A DNA stretch of 64,000 nucleotides from Eukaryota sp. TZLM1-RC (lineage: Eukaryota; Protista; Metamonada: BaSk clade), in NCBI GenBank assembly GCA_040285825.1, contig JAUPSS010000003.1:2976001-3040000 (forward strand), given 5' to 3'. A model generated the notes under the pieces. The model was given only the letters and a program-made list of their open reading frames with translations, ran no database searches and had not been told where the DNA came from. The position numbers and the translations under genes were made by a program. Shown here in pieces: positions 48,470-61,959 of the stretch. Every line of letters begins with the position of its first letter. The first letter of the stretch is position 1.

Positions 48470-49045
48470 AAATTAAATCAGAACTAAAAAAACCAAATTC
48501 AATAACCAAGATTTCCTCTACAAAATCCTCATCTGCTTGTTTTCTCGCCATTGCTTCTCTTACTCGATAAAAGAACAAAGGTAATCTTCTAATTAAAGCA
48601 AATTGTATTCATGAGAGTCAAAAACAAGCATCAAATCTTTTCATTGTTTTTTCTTCAAAAAATTTCCTGCTTCTACTGATAATCTTCCGTTTATCCAAAA
48701 TGGAAAAGCAATGAAATAAAGTAATCTATTTCTGTCGGCATCAGGTTCTTCATTGTCTTTGTCATATTTTCTATGTTTTTCTTTAGCTTTAAATTCAAGA
48801 AATTTTACAGGATTAAGTTCCCTTGTTTGAACCAAAGTGTCATTTGCAACATTAAAGGAGACAAAGTCAACAACAGTTCAGAGTTCTCAATCCAATCACA
48901 GTATTCATCATCTCTATCATCAGAACCAAAGTTATTTAATGGCAGTGTTTCTTTCAGCAGAGGCTCTTTGATACACGAAATTTTTGCAGTTCGTGCCATA
49001 TTAAAAACAGTGTCTCTAACAGCATCATATAACGACGACATGCTA
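48470..49045 (-). mobile_element. CRE-like 3' end, family 'RGDVYCDW'
   Basis: DAVRDTVFNMARTAKISCIKEPLL...DDRDD.YCDW. Confidence 0.85.
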
Positions 49046-49189
49046 TATTCAAATCATTGTTTGGAATTTTCATCATTAATGCCAAAAAAACGAACCTAAA
49101 CAAATGGCATCAGATGAATAAATTGGATTACATTTCAATTCCTTCAACTATTGTTGATTTTGCTTGAAAATCAACTTCTTTTTTGCAAC

Positions 49190-52100
49190 ACTAACAAACC
49201 ATTAAACAACAAAAATTAGAACTCAATATCCTCAATACACGCATCAAAATCAAACCTCTTCAAAGCGCGATTCTCATACTCTATTCCTAATTGTAACAGT
49301 GCTTTGGTTATCATTTAAACGGGAATTGCTTTAAGTTCACTGACAACAATTCTGTTGTGTTTAGAAAATGAAGTTCAATTCTTTTTCCGCTCTTTCATTT
49401 ATTAAACTTCTGAAATCTTCGAAAAATTTAATGCCAGATATTCCAATGTTACCAAACAGAGAAACAGCAAATGGAACCAGCTGATACTTTACATGCTCAA
49501 CTCGTTCTAGCTGAGATAAGGGCTCATTGTACTTTTTGATTTTGCTCTTTTCAGCAAAGCAGAGCAGAGTTTCATCTTTAATGGCAAACTGAATTGCTGA
49601 ATCTTTACAAAAATCAACAGTGACAACATCAACAACTTTGATCACACCATCAGACCCAGGGGTAATTCAATCAGCGCGGCGTTTCCCAGAAGTATTTTCA
49701 TCCTCATTATCAGGGGACAACCTACGCGCACGTGGTTCAACAAAAGCTTTAATGTGATGACTTTTGCACATAGCTTATAAATGGTCTCTAACAGCATCGT
49801 GAACAAGTGAGCGATATGTAATATTAAATTTGCAATTAAACAAATGATTCAGATTGATAAGCTGACCACAACGACAAATCAAATCAATTGGCACACTGCA
49901 CGGCCAAAGAAGACACCTCACTCTTAAGGAAGTTGTCCATTGATGGTCATTTAACAATAGACCGTAAACATTTGGAATTTGGGAAATGAGTCAACTTGAC
50001 CTACTTTCCTCAAGATCAATTAAAAAGTTAGCAAAAACGGGATTTTTTTCCTTAGCCAAGCTAAAACGTACAGTAAAATCCAAGTTTTCAAAAAAATTTA
50101 GTTTTTTTTCTGCAATTTGGCGTATGCAAATCTTAATGAAATCAAACTTCTGGGTGGAATTTCTTGAATATCGGCAGGAAAGCATTTGGACCAGTTGTGA
50201 GGAGAAAGGCATTCAATTTCATTCTGCACACTAAAAAGTCACTAACACAATGTTCTATTAAATGTTGGTTTTCAGGAAATCGTTCCAAAAATTCCAAAAC
50301 GAAATTTTTGCCTCCACCAATAAATGTTGCTTTACACAAATAATTAGATTTGTGAACATCTAGGCCTCCCAATTCTGTGCTACAAAAAATATGACTACGT
50401 AAAAAAGAAGAATCAATGTCAAGCATATTGGCGAAAAATTTTGTTCTTAATTCATTAAAAATTCTGCAAAACTCGAGAGATAAAGATGGTGAGGTTGATC
50501 GTAGGATATGAGTAATTTGTCCTGAATAACAAATTCTGAGAAAGTCAAATTTAAGATGTTTTTCAATATCTGAATGTGAAAGAACAATGCGTTCCTCTTC
50601 AAAATTTTCCATAAGAGAGGAAAGATGATTTCGTATTTCATCAAAATTGCCTAAATAACAACCTAAAAAACGAAATCCTGATTCAAAACAGTTGATAAAA
50701 GGAACAATTTGGTCATCAATAACAGGTTCAGCAGGCTCTCTACCAACCGATCCACTTTTGGAAATATTGAGGGAAGGATCAATTTCATAATAGCACTGTT
50801 GAACAATTCTAGCAATTGTTTTCAATGAAAAAATTTCACCAATTATTGAGATGTAATCCATATAAGCAGTTATATGAACATCTGGAAATTCTTGTTTTAG
50901 TTCACTCATTAAAGGACGAATATCTAGGCAGAAAAAGAAAGGACTTAATGGATCACCTTGTTTGACACCAGATGATGATATTAGATTGAATTCCTCATAT
51001 ACAAGTGTTGACTGTGTGCCATAAAAATTGTAGAAGAACGACTCAGCTTCCGGAAAGTGTGGATTGTGATGTTGCCTTAGGTTGCAAAAGAGGTTGAGAT
51101 AAAGATGATTGAAATAAAGTTGATTTATTTTGCCCTTATTCTATTCAAGCCTAAAGGCGCAAACACTACTTCTTCCCTTTTTCAAAATTAATTAACTTTA
51201 AACTAATAACTAAACTATAAATATACAAAATACTAATAACTAAATTCTAATGTTTCCTGATGTTTACTATTGTTTTCGCACTGGATTCACAAAAACACGG
51301 GTCTTACTTCTTGATAGTTGATGTATTATATCCCTTTAACAATAATGTAGAATAAAGGAGTGAGCAATAACGTAAAAGAACTGGTTCCAAGATCCATGTG
51401 CTTGAAATCTTTGTTGTATAAGCTTTAGTCGTTACATAATGACGTTCTGCTTTTTCCGTTTTTCGTAGACGAGTAACGTGGTAGTGTCGTTTAGTAAAGT
51501 TATTATGGAATCGAATAATGGATTCGCTAATAAATATGCAGGGTCTATGATGGACTGAAAACAACAGTAAACAAAGTAACAAAGTTCAAAAATCTGAAAG
51601 AGGCATCATTTGTTGTTAAAGTACTACCTGTCTACAAAAATTGTTAAAGTGGGAGGGTTAAAATACATCGTGAATGGAAGAGGTGAGCTCGATGACTGTA
51701 CCTGTATCCCATTACTTAACCTTGGCTTTTTTTAAAAAAGGAAGGGGGGAGGGAGCAACTTCCGTATATCTGCCCTTGTAATTCATTATTCTTGGAGGTG
51801 GAGTTTGTAATCGTAACCTCGTACATTGAGTGGGGGAGGAGGATACTACACTAGAACCCTCGTAACCCGGTTTTTTTGTTGTTGTTTTGATGGAGGAGAG
51901 GTCTATACCCGTAGCCTCATTTCCAGTGTTTGAAATCCAACGTTTCTACCTCTCTTTTGGATTTGCTTTCATAAAGGAGGAAGCTGCTCAAACAAACAGT
52001 AATCTGTAGGTTCAAGGTGGGCTTCCGCGTCCTTCATTATCTGTTGGCGAAGCTCTTTCTCTTCGTCGTCCATTTCTTCTAAGACGGACTAAAGTTCTTC

Positions 52101-52725
52101 GTAGTCCTTTAGAGCAGACGAAGTATCTGAGCTTAACCCAACATTTTCTTTAGGTGAGGAGGGGGTTGGTCCCGTTCCTGAAACCTAATCTGGTTTGTTG
52201 GACATGGAAGAGGCGGGAGGTGGTTCCGTGCCTGGTTCCATATCTTTCTCATGAGGAGGGGCGGAGGGTTGTCTCGAGCCCGAGTCCTCTTCTTTATTCG
52301 ACTTTTCAGTCCCTACTGATGTTGTATGTATGCTAGAAGCATCTCTGTCGTACTGTTGCATCTGTTCAATGTAGAAAATTTGACAAGAGTCAGTGTCCTG
52401 GCGAGGAGAGACTGACATGATATCTGCTGAAGATATCCTCTGTTTGATTGCTGTAAGTTGTGTAAGCGGTATACCTATAACCTAATACGACCAATAATTA
52501 TTGTTGCCTTAGGTTGCAAAAGTGGTTGAGATACAGATGATTGACATAAAGTGGATTTATTTTGCCCTTATTCTATTTAAGCCTAAAGGCGCCAACAGTG
52601 AGGCATAAAAATTGTAAAAGAACGACTCAGCTTCCGTGATATGAGTTTGGAGGAAAGGTAAGATCGACGACCTCTTAACAGCATTAAAGGCGTTTTCAAA
52701 ATCTAAATTAAAAATGAAATCGAAT
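49190..52725 (-). mobile_element. CRE-like element (family 'KRRADLITPG'), RT to 3' end, interrupted by an LTR element
   Basis: FIFNLDFENAFN at ~52680-52720. GVKQGDPLSP and AYMDY at ~50850-50975. HDAVRD and CIEDIEF* follow. Confidence 0.9.
51070..52597 (-). mobile_element. Miniature non-autonomous LTR element: 96-bp LTRs at 51070-51165 and 52502-52597, TSD GTGA
   Basis: TGTT...AACA direct repeats with about 6 differences. GTGA at 51066-51069 and 52598-52601. Polypurine tract AAAAAGGGAAGAAGTAG on the minus strand next to the 51070 LTR. No recognisable pol. Confidence 0.9.
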
Positions 52726-53412
52726 TACGTGAAGGAAATTCGCTTGAATTTGTAATAAAGAGGATGAGTGGCCAGGCAGAATATAAGTGGTTCCAATTAT
52801 ATCTATTTGTTTAAAACCACTGGATGATTGTAAAATGAAATCATCAAAACATAAATTAGAATTGACACAGTTTATTAATGAATTATGGTTATAAAGTGGG
52901 GGTCCGTGTAATTATCTAATTATGATGATACTTATAAATATAGTTTACACAATTATGAAGATTATATAGTTCGCCGCCACGGTTAAAACAATTTCGATGG
53001 GAGTCAATGTTGATGAAGAGACTGTCTTAGAATTGGAGATATTTGCATACATGACATTGGAATTTCTGGCTGCAAAATTCATCAAATCTTCTTCTAACGT
53101 TTAAATTGTTGACACTTTGCTGTAGTATTGAAGTAAATCATATAGTTTCATGTAAATAATTCATTGTAAGATTATTAAAGAAAATTATTTAGAACTTTTA
53201 TATTGGAAATAAATTTGCGATTGTTTTGTTCAATATAAGTTTTTAAAAGTTTCTTTTTTGGGGCAACGAACATTCTGCTTTATTAGAAATTAAATTTTCA
53301 AGAAATTTTGATTGATAGTGTTTAATGGACCAAAACTTTCTCAAACACACAGTCCCTCTACATCGGTGTAAAAAGGACACTTATTTCATTGTTATAGACA
53401 TCATCTGTAAGA

Positions 53413-56173
53413 ATGGACCTTAACCCTCACGCCCTTCGGTTTATAGAATCTCCACTCGAAAGCTGTAAGCTTTTGGGTACCCCAGGAGCGGGGAAATCAT
53501 CTACTCTCTTCTTTTGGTTAATACACAAGATACAAAACAAGATTCTAAACTCTCATGACTTCTTCTTATTAACTTATTCAAAGTCTACTCAAGCTGACCT
53601 TCTTCAGAAAGCTTTTGTCCAAAAGTTAGGTTTTCTCACAGCTCACAACGTCAGAACTATTCACTCAATAGCTGGCTCTATCAACTCATTCTACAAGGTC
53701 CCCAGTTCCCTACGATCTTGTATATCGTCTGCTCTCAGAACTATCCAAAATAACTCTCTTGCTAACTATGCCACACTGCAAAAGTTAAAGGTTGTTATGG
53801 TTGACGAGGCTCAAGATCTCAACCAGTTACAGTTTGAGTTTGTGAAGACACTTACCCACAAGTTAAACATTCCGTTAATCCTTGTTGGGGATCCAAACCA
53901 AGCTATCTTCAGCTTTCAAGGAAGTGATCCTTTAATACTACAAGATTATGACGTTCCCGTTTACAATTTGATAAAGAACTATCGCTCAACTGCTTCAATT
54001 GTCAATTTTAGCAACATTCTAGCTCCGTTTGTCAACTACTCTTCTTGTTAACTACAGTTTCAAAGCACGAGAGCCAATGATTGCCCACAAACAAGGTAAT
54101 TGTTATCCCGTTGAAGTTCACTCTGTGGAGAAGGAAGATCTCCGGTCACATTTGATATCGTCCATCAACCGTTTCAAACAGTTTGGGGTTTTGTATGAGG
54201 AAATTGCCATTATTGGACCTGTGAAGTTGAGTAAAAGTTGGCGTAACATTGGTCTTTCTGCAATAGCAAACATTCTCAATGATGAAGGTATTCCCTTTGT
54301 CAAGTGGTATAAAAGACCTGGGTTTACCTCACACGATGACATGGATCGCTCTGAACGGTCTCCGGGATGCATTAACCTTTTAACCATTCATGCGAGCAAA
54401 GGGTTGGAGTTTCAAGCTGTGATCCTAATTAACTTTCACTTTGATTCTATGGGGAAGAACCCAACTGAAAGCAAGTTTCACCAGTTCAAGTTTTTGTGGT
54501 ATGTTGCTGCTACCAGAGCCAAGGAATATCTATGCATTTATGCTTTGGAAACTAAGCAGATCTTTCCACTTTTCTTCCAAGCCTGTAACCTTCCTCAGTT
54601 AATTGTAACTGGTAACATCAAACATTATGAACCATACTTTGCAGAGGAGTGGTTAAGAAAGGTGAGGAATTTCCCTGTTACTTCCACCATTGAGGAAACC
54701 AAAATTAGTGACGAACGGTATGGGTTACTTGAGTCTTGGTTTCAGGATGTAGACGTTTCAGTTCCTTTATTTGGTAACACAAAGTTTAACAGAAGACTAG
54801 ATGTTTTTAGTCAATATTCAGATCTTTATGGAAAGCTGTTTGAACAGTTACTTCAAGTATTTTATCATTGTCATTTTAGGAAACTAAAGGTTTATTTAAC
54901 GAGATTACTTGAATCTTACCAACGCACAATCCAAGTACCAAAGAAATTCAAATCAGCAGTGGATTATTTACTGCATTATTTTGGATATTCAATTAATTAT
55001 GAATTCAAAATGTCCAAATTAAAAGAATCTTTTGGTTACTTCCCGGCTCATGTTAAGAAGTTTATTGAATATTTGGAAATGGAAGAACCAATTTCCCATT
55101 TAGGATTTGGGTTTATTATTGAAGATCTTTGCTTGTATGATACTTCAAAGCTAAAAGAACGTACAAACATTGTGAAAGAATTAATCAACAAGTACTTAGA
55201 GTTGGAGGAAAACGTCGGGTCCTTTGTTGATGATGCTATGCTTTATGATTCAGAAATTTTTGCATTTTTTATTTCTAAAATGTGGAGACTTTTAATTATT
55301 GATGAACATTTCAAATCTGAGTCGAGATCACTGTTAACTGAGCCTGAAATTTCCGTGAATTCTGTTCTTGATCACGTCAGCAAACTTCTTTTGATTGCAA
55401 AGGAATTGCCAATGAACTTAAAGTTTGAATATGAAGTTGTCCATGCCAATATTGGTCTTTTGGGATTTTTGGATGCTTTTGATGAGGAAAATGGAATAAT
55501 ATTTGAATTCAAAACATCTACTCAAGATCACTATCATCATGTGCTTCAAGCGAGTGTTTATAGAGAAATTTTATTTAGCATGAGTCAAAATTTCAGTATC
55601 CAAGGTTTTCAAAATTTGGAAATTAAAGTTATTAATTTACTTAAGGGCACTATTAGGTGCAATGTTGCCAACAAGAGGAACTATCCTGCATATAAGTTTG
55701 TGGACTTGGTTCAAGAATTAGCATTGAAGGATAATTGCTTTTTGTGGAAAAGACAAATTTTTGTTTTTCTACAATTTAACTGCAATCATAATGATTTACT
55801 GATTGATGTTTACTTATATGAACCTTTTTTAAACCATGTTTTCCTTGAGGAAAATTTCATTCCAAAGAACGACTTCATTTCGTTTATTCATAATTTGCTA
55901 GACGGGTGCAGAGTTATTTTTGTTGGTATTCGACACTGTATTGATCAACTGAAAATGTGGTATAAAACAAAACACGGTGATAAGCGTTTAAGAAAGTCAT
56001 ATTTTATAGATATTTTTGACAAGCAGGGTCTTTCTGTCATTTGCAAGTTTCAAAATCCAGCACGGGGTTCAAAAGAATTTATCCATTCAATCTGCCAAGC
56101 TTGCTCAGACAATGGGTATAACCGATTCAACTTGAACAGTTTTAAAGATAGAATAATAAGTTACTTAGAATAA
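53413..56173 (+). CDS. UvrD/Rep-like SF1A helicase fused to a PD-(D/E)XK nuclease-like domain; 31-nt intron at 54027-54057; about 909 aa
   Basis: GTPGAGKS, VDEAQD, VGDPNQAIFSFQGS, NYRS, TIHASKGLEF, YVAATRAK; then GFLD...IFEFK...HVLQASVY. The intron GTTTGT...TTAACTACAG joins the two ORFs in frame. Confidence 0.9.
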
Positions 56174-57229
56174 TATAAAATAGTGGGCTTGATTATGACT
56201 TTCGTTGCAAGTCATGTTTTTTGTTTGTTCAGCAAACAAAATCTGACAATGGTCAGATTAGCAATCAAATTATTGAATGAATCTTAATTCAACTGATTTT
56301 TGGTGTCCTTGGTACCCAACCTTTTTAATTTCAGGATAGAAAACTATCATTTCAAAGAGTTTATCTTAATAGGACCTTCCATGGTCAGTTCAGTTCAGAA
56401 ATAATTAAATAAGTAACAATAAAATAATTAGGAACCTGAGCTCAACTGAATCGGTACAGGAAATAGTGAGTCAAATTTTTATTTTCAAAACGACATTAAT
56501 TGTTTTTAAATAAACTTAAAAAAACTGGGGAATCTTCTCAGATTGACCCAAAGTTTAACTGTTACTGCATGAAAGTTTGTATTGTTTCTTTCAGGGAGAT
56601 TCACGCAACGATTATCCAAAACCCAAGCCTTGTTTGAAGTTTATTGAGTAGAATTACTAATAATGAAACGCAGACAATGTGAAATCTCCTGTGACGTTTT
56701 CCCAATAAAGCTTCCTTACTACCTTTATTTGAACCTTCAAATCTTCAGATTCCGATGTGATTATAACACAGTTCTTAATCTTTTCAGGAATTTAAAGAAA
56801 AATAAATAACCATTGAGACAATTCTTAATCAATAGATCTATTTCAGCCTACAACGCAGTCTGCTGTTGAATTTAAAGACACAGTATCTGCATTAAGCTTT
56901 CCCGTCAATAGATGTCGTGATCACGATTATCGATTTGTAGCGAAATTGTTCATTGATAACAGAGAATATTTGATTGAATATTTGATTGAATATTTGATTG
57001 AGGCTTTGACCAGGAGTTACATTACAAAACAACTAGTGGATGAAGTTGAAATAGTTTTAGTTTTGGAAATTCAGTAAGTTTTCTATTTTAGAAATAATAA
57101 TCAGAGCACTAAAGATGAGTAGTCTCCGTTGAAAATAAGGTTTCTCATCAAACTTTTTTAGTAACAAGTTCTCGTAACTTGAGTGGAACATGGCACAGTT
57201 AGGTTGAGTGGGACATGTGAAATATCAGT

Positions 57230-57520
57230 TTGTGCCGTTTGCAATTTCTCTTTTTGGCATTATTGGACCTGCAGGGTTGCACTTTTTGGAAAATTTCGAA
57301 AAAAGTGTTACTGAATAGGTCTGGTAAAACAATGAATTCCACTTTCTGGTTAAATAGAATTGTTGTTTGCATTTTCATGTCTATTCCAACAATAATTTGA
57401 AAGGCACTTTTAGCTATTGGTGTAGAATATGAACGTAATGCTGTGAGTAGGTTTAGTAATAGTGACGCTTGTTTGGAGGATATTGAATTCTAGACGGGTT
57501 TTTTTATCTCAATAAATATT
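57230..57520 (+). mobile_element. CRE-like 3' tip
   Basis: YQFVPFAISLFG...CLEDIEF* followed by AATAAA. Confidence 0.75.
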
Positions 57521-58069
57521 CCAGTTAAAATAAAGTTCTTGTAAATCAATTAATTCAGAATTTCTATTGCTCATCAATTATGTTTTGAGTCAAGACAGTA
57601 TCGCTGTTGAACCCAAATTTCAAGCATGCTACCAACCTTACACCTTGTGTTCGTCCCTGCACAGTGAGCAGCAAACTGTTGAAATTAAGCTTACATTAAT
57701 TAATACCAATCAGAAAGAACAAGCTGTCAATTACTTTGAACAGCCTGCATTATTAATAGAAATAAATAGATAAATAAATAAAAAAATAGGTGTAAATTTT
57801 GAAACAATCATGTGTATCGGTATTGTGACTTGTTGTTGTCATTAATATTGCTGATATAACAATAATATGTATATTGAAATTATCTGTGCTTGATTAACAA
57901 AAAAACATTTGGAGGACATGCCACCGATTTTACACGTTGTGCTGTAACTTTTACAGAAAGTATCAGTTTGTGGTCAATTAGTCTTGAATCAAAACTTTTT
58001 AATAACGTATAAAGGAACAGTGCTCAGGATTTTTCAATTTATTTATTCTATTTTAGGGCTAAACTTTTG

Positions 58070-58138
58070 AAAAAAAAACAAAAAGAAAAACAAAAAGAAA
58101 AACAAAAAGAAAAACAAAAAGAAAAACAAAAAAAACAA
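58070..58138. repeat. Tandem (AAAAACAAAAAG)n
   Basis: About 4-5 copies of a 12-mer. Confidence 0.9.
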
Positions 58139-58449
58139 ATTGTATTGGATAGCACGTATCAGTTATTGTCATCCACAAATATGCCTAATTTGATGGTCAG
58201 TTAGGCACCATCCAGATATATGTATAAACAAGTTAATTTTCACGTTTTCACAATAAAGCTTCCTTACTTGTCCATTAGATAGTTGTCTTAAAATTCAACA
58301 ATAACAATTTTGTATCGTTCAGTATATTTTTTGATTTACATCATTTCTAATATTCTGGCGGCATAAACAGTATGCGACATAACAACTAATGTAGTGAGTC
58401 AGTTTTAAACCTGATTATAACCTTTTGCAACCCACACTCAACAATTTTG

Positions 58450-58900
58450 CTACACCAGAAATTTTCTGCCTTGTTGGATGAATACCCAAAGGTTAGTTAG
58501 CAGCTGTGGTCTTGCATGAAACTGTAGTCTTAAATACTTAGGTAAATGGTTAAGCATGTACTTAAATAATACTAAAAACAAGATAAAAAATAAATAAATA
58601 AAAAATAATATTAAAGCTTTAACTGATACTGCATAATAGTTCAAAATTTCCATTTCAACTTTCCATTCTTGGATTTTCATTATTTTTGATGAGATCGTAC
58701 CATAAGTCACATGCCACAAACAGCAATTTTTGAGAAGCAAGTTGGCATGACATGGAATAGACTTTTCTGCTTCCGGGTATAATTGGTTATATATTTCAAT
58801 TTATACAATCTTTTAGTATGAAGTTAATAAAGTTCACCTAAACTGCAAATGCTGTCAATGGGAGTTCGACAGAGAATAATGCATCGATAGTGTTTGTGAA
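58450..58900 (-). mobile_element. Possible MULE transposase relic
   Basis: PEAEKSIPCHAN..CCLWHV (CxxH-like), heavily decayed. Confidence 0.3.
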
Positions 58901-58939
58901 CTTATGTTTTGATGACAATAAATCAAATAGTTCATTAAT

Positions 58940-59480
58940 TTTTTTACTGAATTTTAATTTATCTAATAGGGAATATGAAATCATGAAATACACAACTAAA
59001 ATTCAACATCCTCAAAATTTGCCTCCCCTGCATCAGAACAATTAATTACTAAAGATTCAGAAAATTTCCCAAATGAAGAGAGTGAACTAATTTCACAATT
59101 TCCTTAAAAATAGAAAGTACAATCCTGTTTTGCCAGTAAGCACGATTGAAAATTCTTCCAGTTCTTTACTTTACAACTACAACAAAATCGTCAAGGAATG
59201 CCATAGCAGCCTTACCTAAAGATCCACGCAAAGAAAAAACAAAAGGACAAAAATTATATTGGACATGAGAATTTTCATTTAAATAGGCAATGGGTTTCGC
59301 GTTTTTAGCAATTTTATATTTTTCGCCATCAAGAAGAGCATTATTTACTCTGAGTTGATGAAATGTTCGTTAGAAGAATTATAAGGGTCAATGGAAATGG
59401 CGTCTAAAATAGTAAAACTACCATTTAAGCCGGCAACCACCTCATGTCAGACACATAGAAGCTCTGTTGTAGCTCATTCA
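58940..59480 (-). mobile_element. CRE-like 3' end, copy of ~37100-37630
   Basis: Direct nucleotide similarity; FEDVEF*. Confidence 0.85.
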
Positions 59481-60159
59481 TTAACTTTTGATTGTCACTT
59501 TTTTCCGATTAAAATTCAATCAAAACTGAAGGGTATACGCCATTTGTTATTTGAATGGCGTATTTGAATGGTCATCTCATTAAAACCAGATGGCTTGAAT
59601 CAAAAACAGACCTTGCAACATTGTTCAGCCACCATCCATGGTGTGTTTCTATTATTCTATTCCATCAGACAACCATATACGCGATTCTCTAGCAAAAAAG
59701 ATGCGATACGAGAAGTCAATCTTCTCATCAACAAAATGCAGCTTTTAGCACCTATTCCTCTTGTTGAAACTTCAATAGGAAATGATTCACCCAAAAAAAT
59801 GTAAATTTGACAATAGCAATTCAAGACTCTCTTGTTTCGTACTTTGTCATGTATGTCTACTATCTCAATATAGTTCCATCGGTGATGTGAACTCACAAAT
59901 CAGCATTTTGCAAAATGTGGTATTTTTGAAATTGACATTCTTGATTTAATGAGGTAAGACCGGGAAAACAAAGACCACTCTTACATTTGGGTAATTACAG
60001 ATCATCCACATAAAATAAGGTTCTAGTCACACCTAGCCATGACCTCAACATCTGACTCAATACCGAGGTAGTAGTAGTTTCTATAAAATTGATTGGTAAT
60101 TCATATAATATTTTTGAACAAAATAGTTTTATCTGTTCAGACGAAATTTTTACAAACTA

Positions 60160-61130
60160 TCTATAACTCTATTTCCTGAAAATCCACATCTAGCATTGCA
60201 AATTTACCTAGAGCAGTTTTTTTATAAAATCTTTTTAGTGATAACAACGAGCTAGAAACAAGTCTATGCATTCCTTTAAAATTAGAAAAAACAATTCTAG
60301 TTTTTCAGAATGTTTGATCCAATATTCTTCCAGTTCCATTTTTCACAATTGTAAAAATTTTCAAAAAGTTCAAGCGGTTACCCAAGGTTCCAAATAATGA
60401 ACAGGCAAAGGGTTAAAGAAGGTACGTATGATGATTGGAATTCAATTGATTGATTTCTTCAGAATACTTAATCATTGTGGCCTCCTCAGCTTTACGTAAA
60501 GCTGAATTATAAGAGAGTGCAACTTTTTCATTTGAGCTATTTGATACATCTGTAGATCTGACGTCAATAATGATCATTGATCCATCAACACTTGGAACTA
60601 GCACATTACAACAATTATCACCAAAAGATATTCTGTCAGATTCATCTGCCAAACATGAAAGCAAAGGTTCTCAAAAATCTTGTACGACTTACACATACAA
60701 TGCAGTTGATCACAGACTGAACATTTGATCTAAAAGTTAAAAACGATAATAATTAATTAAATGGGTTGGAGTGACTTTCTTCCCACATTCAACAATTAAA
60801 CCATGGGTAAGATGAAGCAGAGCTACCATGAACATCCAGACAAAAATTTGCAAAAGCGGGGTTTTTTGTTTGGCCATACTAAGACGTCTTTCATAATGTA
60901 AGCCTTCAAAAATTACTAAAAATTTTGTTTGATGTTTCTTTACACAATAATCTAAATCAAGTAAATTTCGTTTGAAAAAATTCTTGAATTGAGTCCGGAA
61001 AACAATGACACCAAATTTATGGTGCAATTTTATTAATAGCAACATCAAAATCATGTAAAAATTTACCAGATGATGGATTAAGCAAATGAAAATCTTCATA
61101 TACTTGTAAATATCAACGTAAATTTTGTGG
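60160..61130 (-). mobile_element. Decayed CRE-like copy of the 24180-25600 family
   Basis: DGSMIIIDVRSTD, VTPTHLIN, FQEIEL*. Confidence 0.85.
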
Positions 61131-61339
61131 CAAACATAATTCAATTGTGTTGGCCTACATAGGTGGTAATATTGTTTGATTCTGGGGATGTTTTATCATA
61201 TCGTTAGTCTTTGACAAATCCTAATTGGAAATACTAAGGTCGTTACAGACATCTGTTGGGTATTGTTGAATTAAAACCCATTTTGCAATAACAGAAATAC
61301 CTTGTCCATTTTTTTCCAATTTTATTCACACAAATATAT

Positions 61340-61959
61340 TCAAGGCAATTCCTCAATAGATCTCTGAGCTAGCCGTCTAACCTTTTGTTCATACGATTTC
61401 CTATCCTCTCTGAATGCAACTGCCGCATCAACGTTGGCAGGAGACTCCGGATTAGGATCAACCAGCATTGATATAACCGATAAGCAAATGGATTCTGGAG
61501 TTTGAACAGGAGACCAACGTTCCTCTGGACGTTCTCCGGCTGTGATTAGAATTGAAACTGGTTACATACATAGTAGAATGTCTGTTGTATCACCTGGAGA
61601 ATGGAGAATGGATATACACACTTCACCTGCGGTCAACCTACGATATAAGCCTACCTGATGGATAAATGTTTGGATTAAACATTGGGGTTAGAAACTTCTT
61701 GGATTAGAATAGCAACTTAACATGCCATTTTGGGCGGTGACATGGGATAATCGTCTGGAAAGTTGAGAACCTTTGGTGAGGTAATCCAACAACAAACTGC
61801 TTTGAAGACACCTCCCTCTAGAGGTGTGCCCTGCGGTCCAAATATTGTAACGTCCCAAGTATGGAGGTCGTCACCTTGAAGTTCAAATGATATACCTTCG
61901 ATTGGATGTTGCTTGTAGTGTTGAAACTGTCTGGTTAATAACACTCTTGAATGACGCAT
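61340..61959 (-). CDS. Ubiquitin-conjugating enzyme E2, UBE2G/Ubc7-Cdc34 type; 168 aa; four introns (61771-61797, 61698-61725 GC-AG, 61627-61654, 61540-61569)
   Basis: The spliced product reads ..[94 protein letters not shown].. Confidence 0.93.

Noticed and set aside
58070-58138. CRISPR-like or guide array
   Set aside because: This and the short tandems at ~7742-7768, 42051-42070 and ~56965-57000 have no unique spacers. They are simple slippage repeats.
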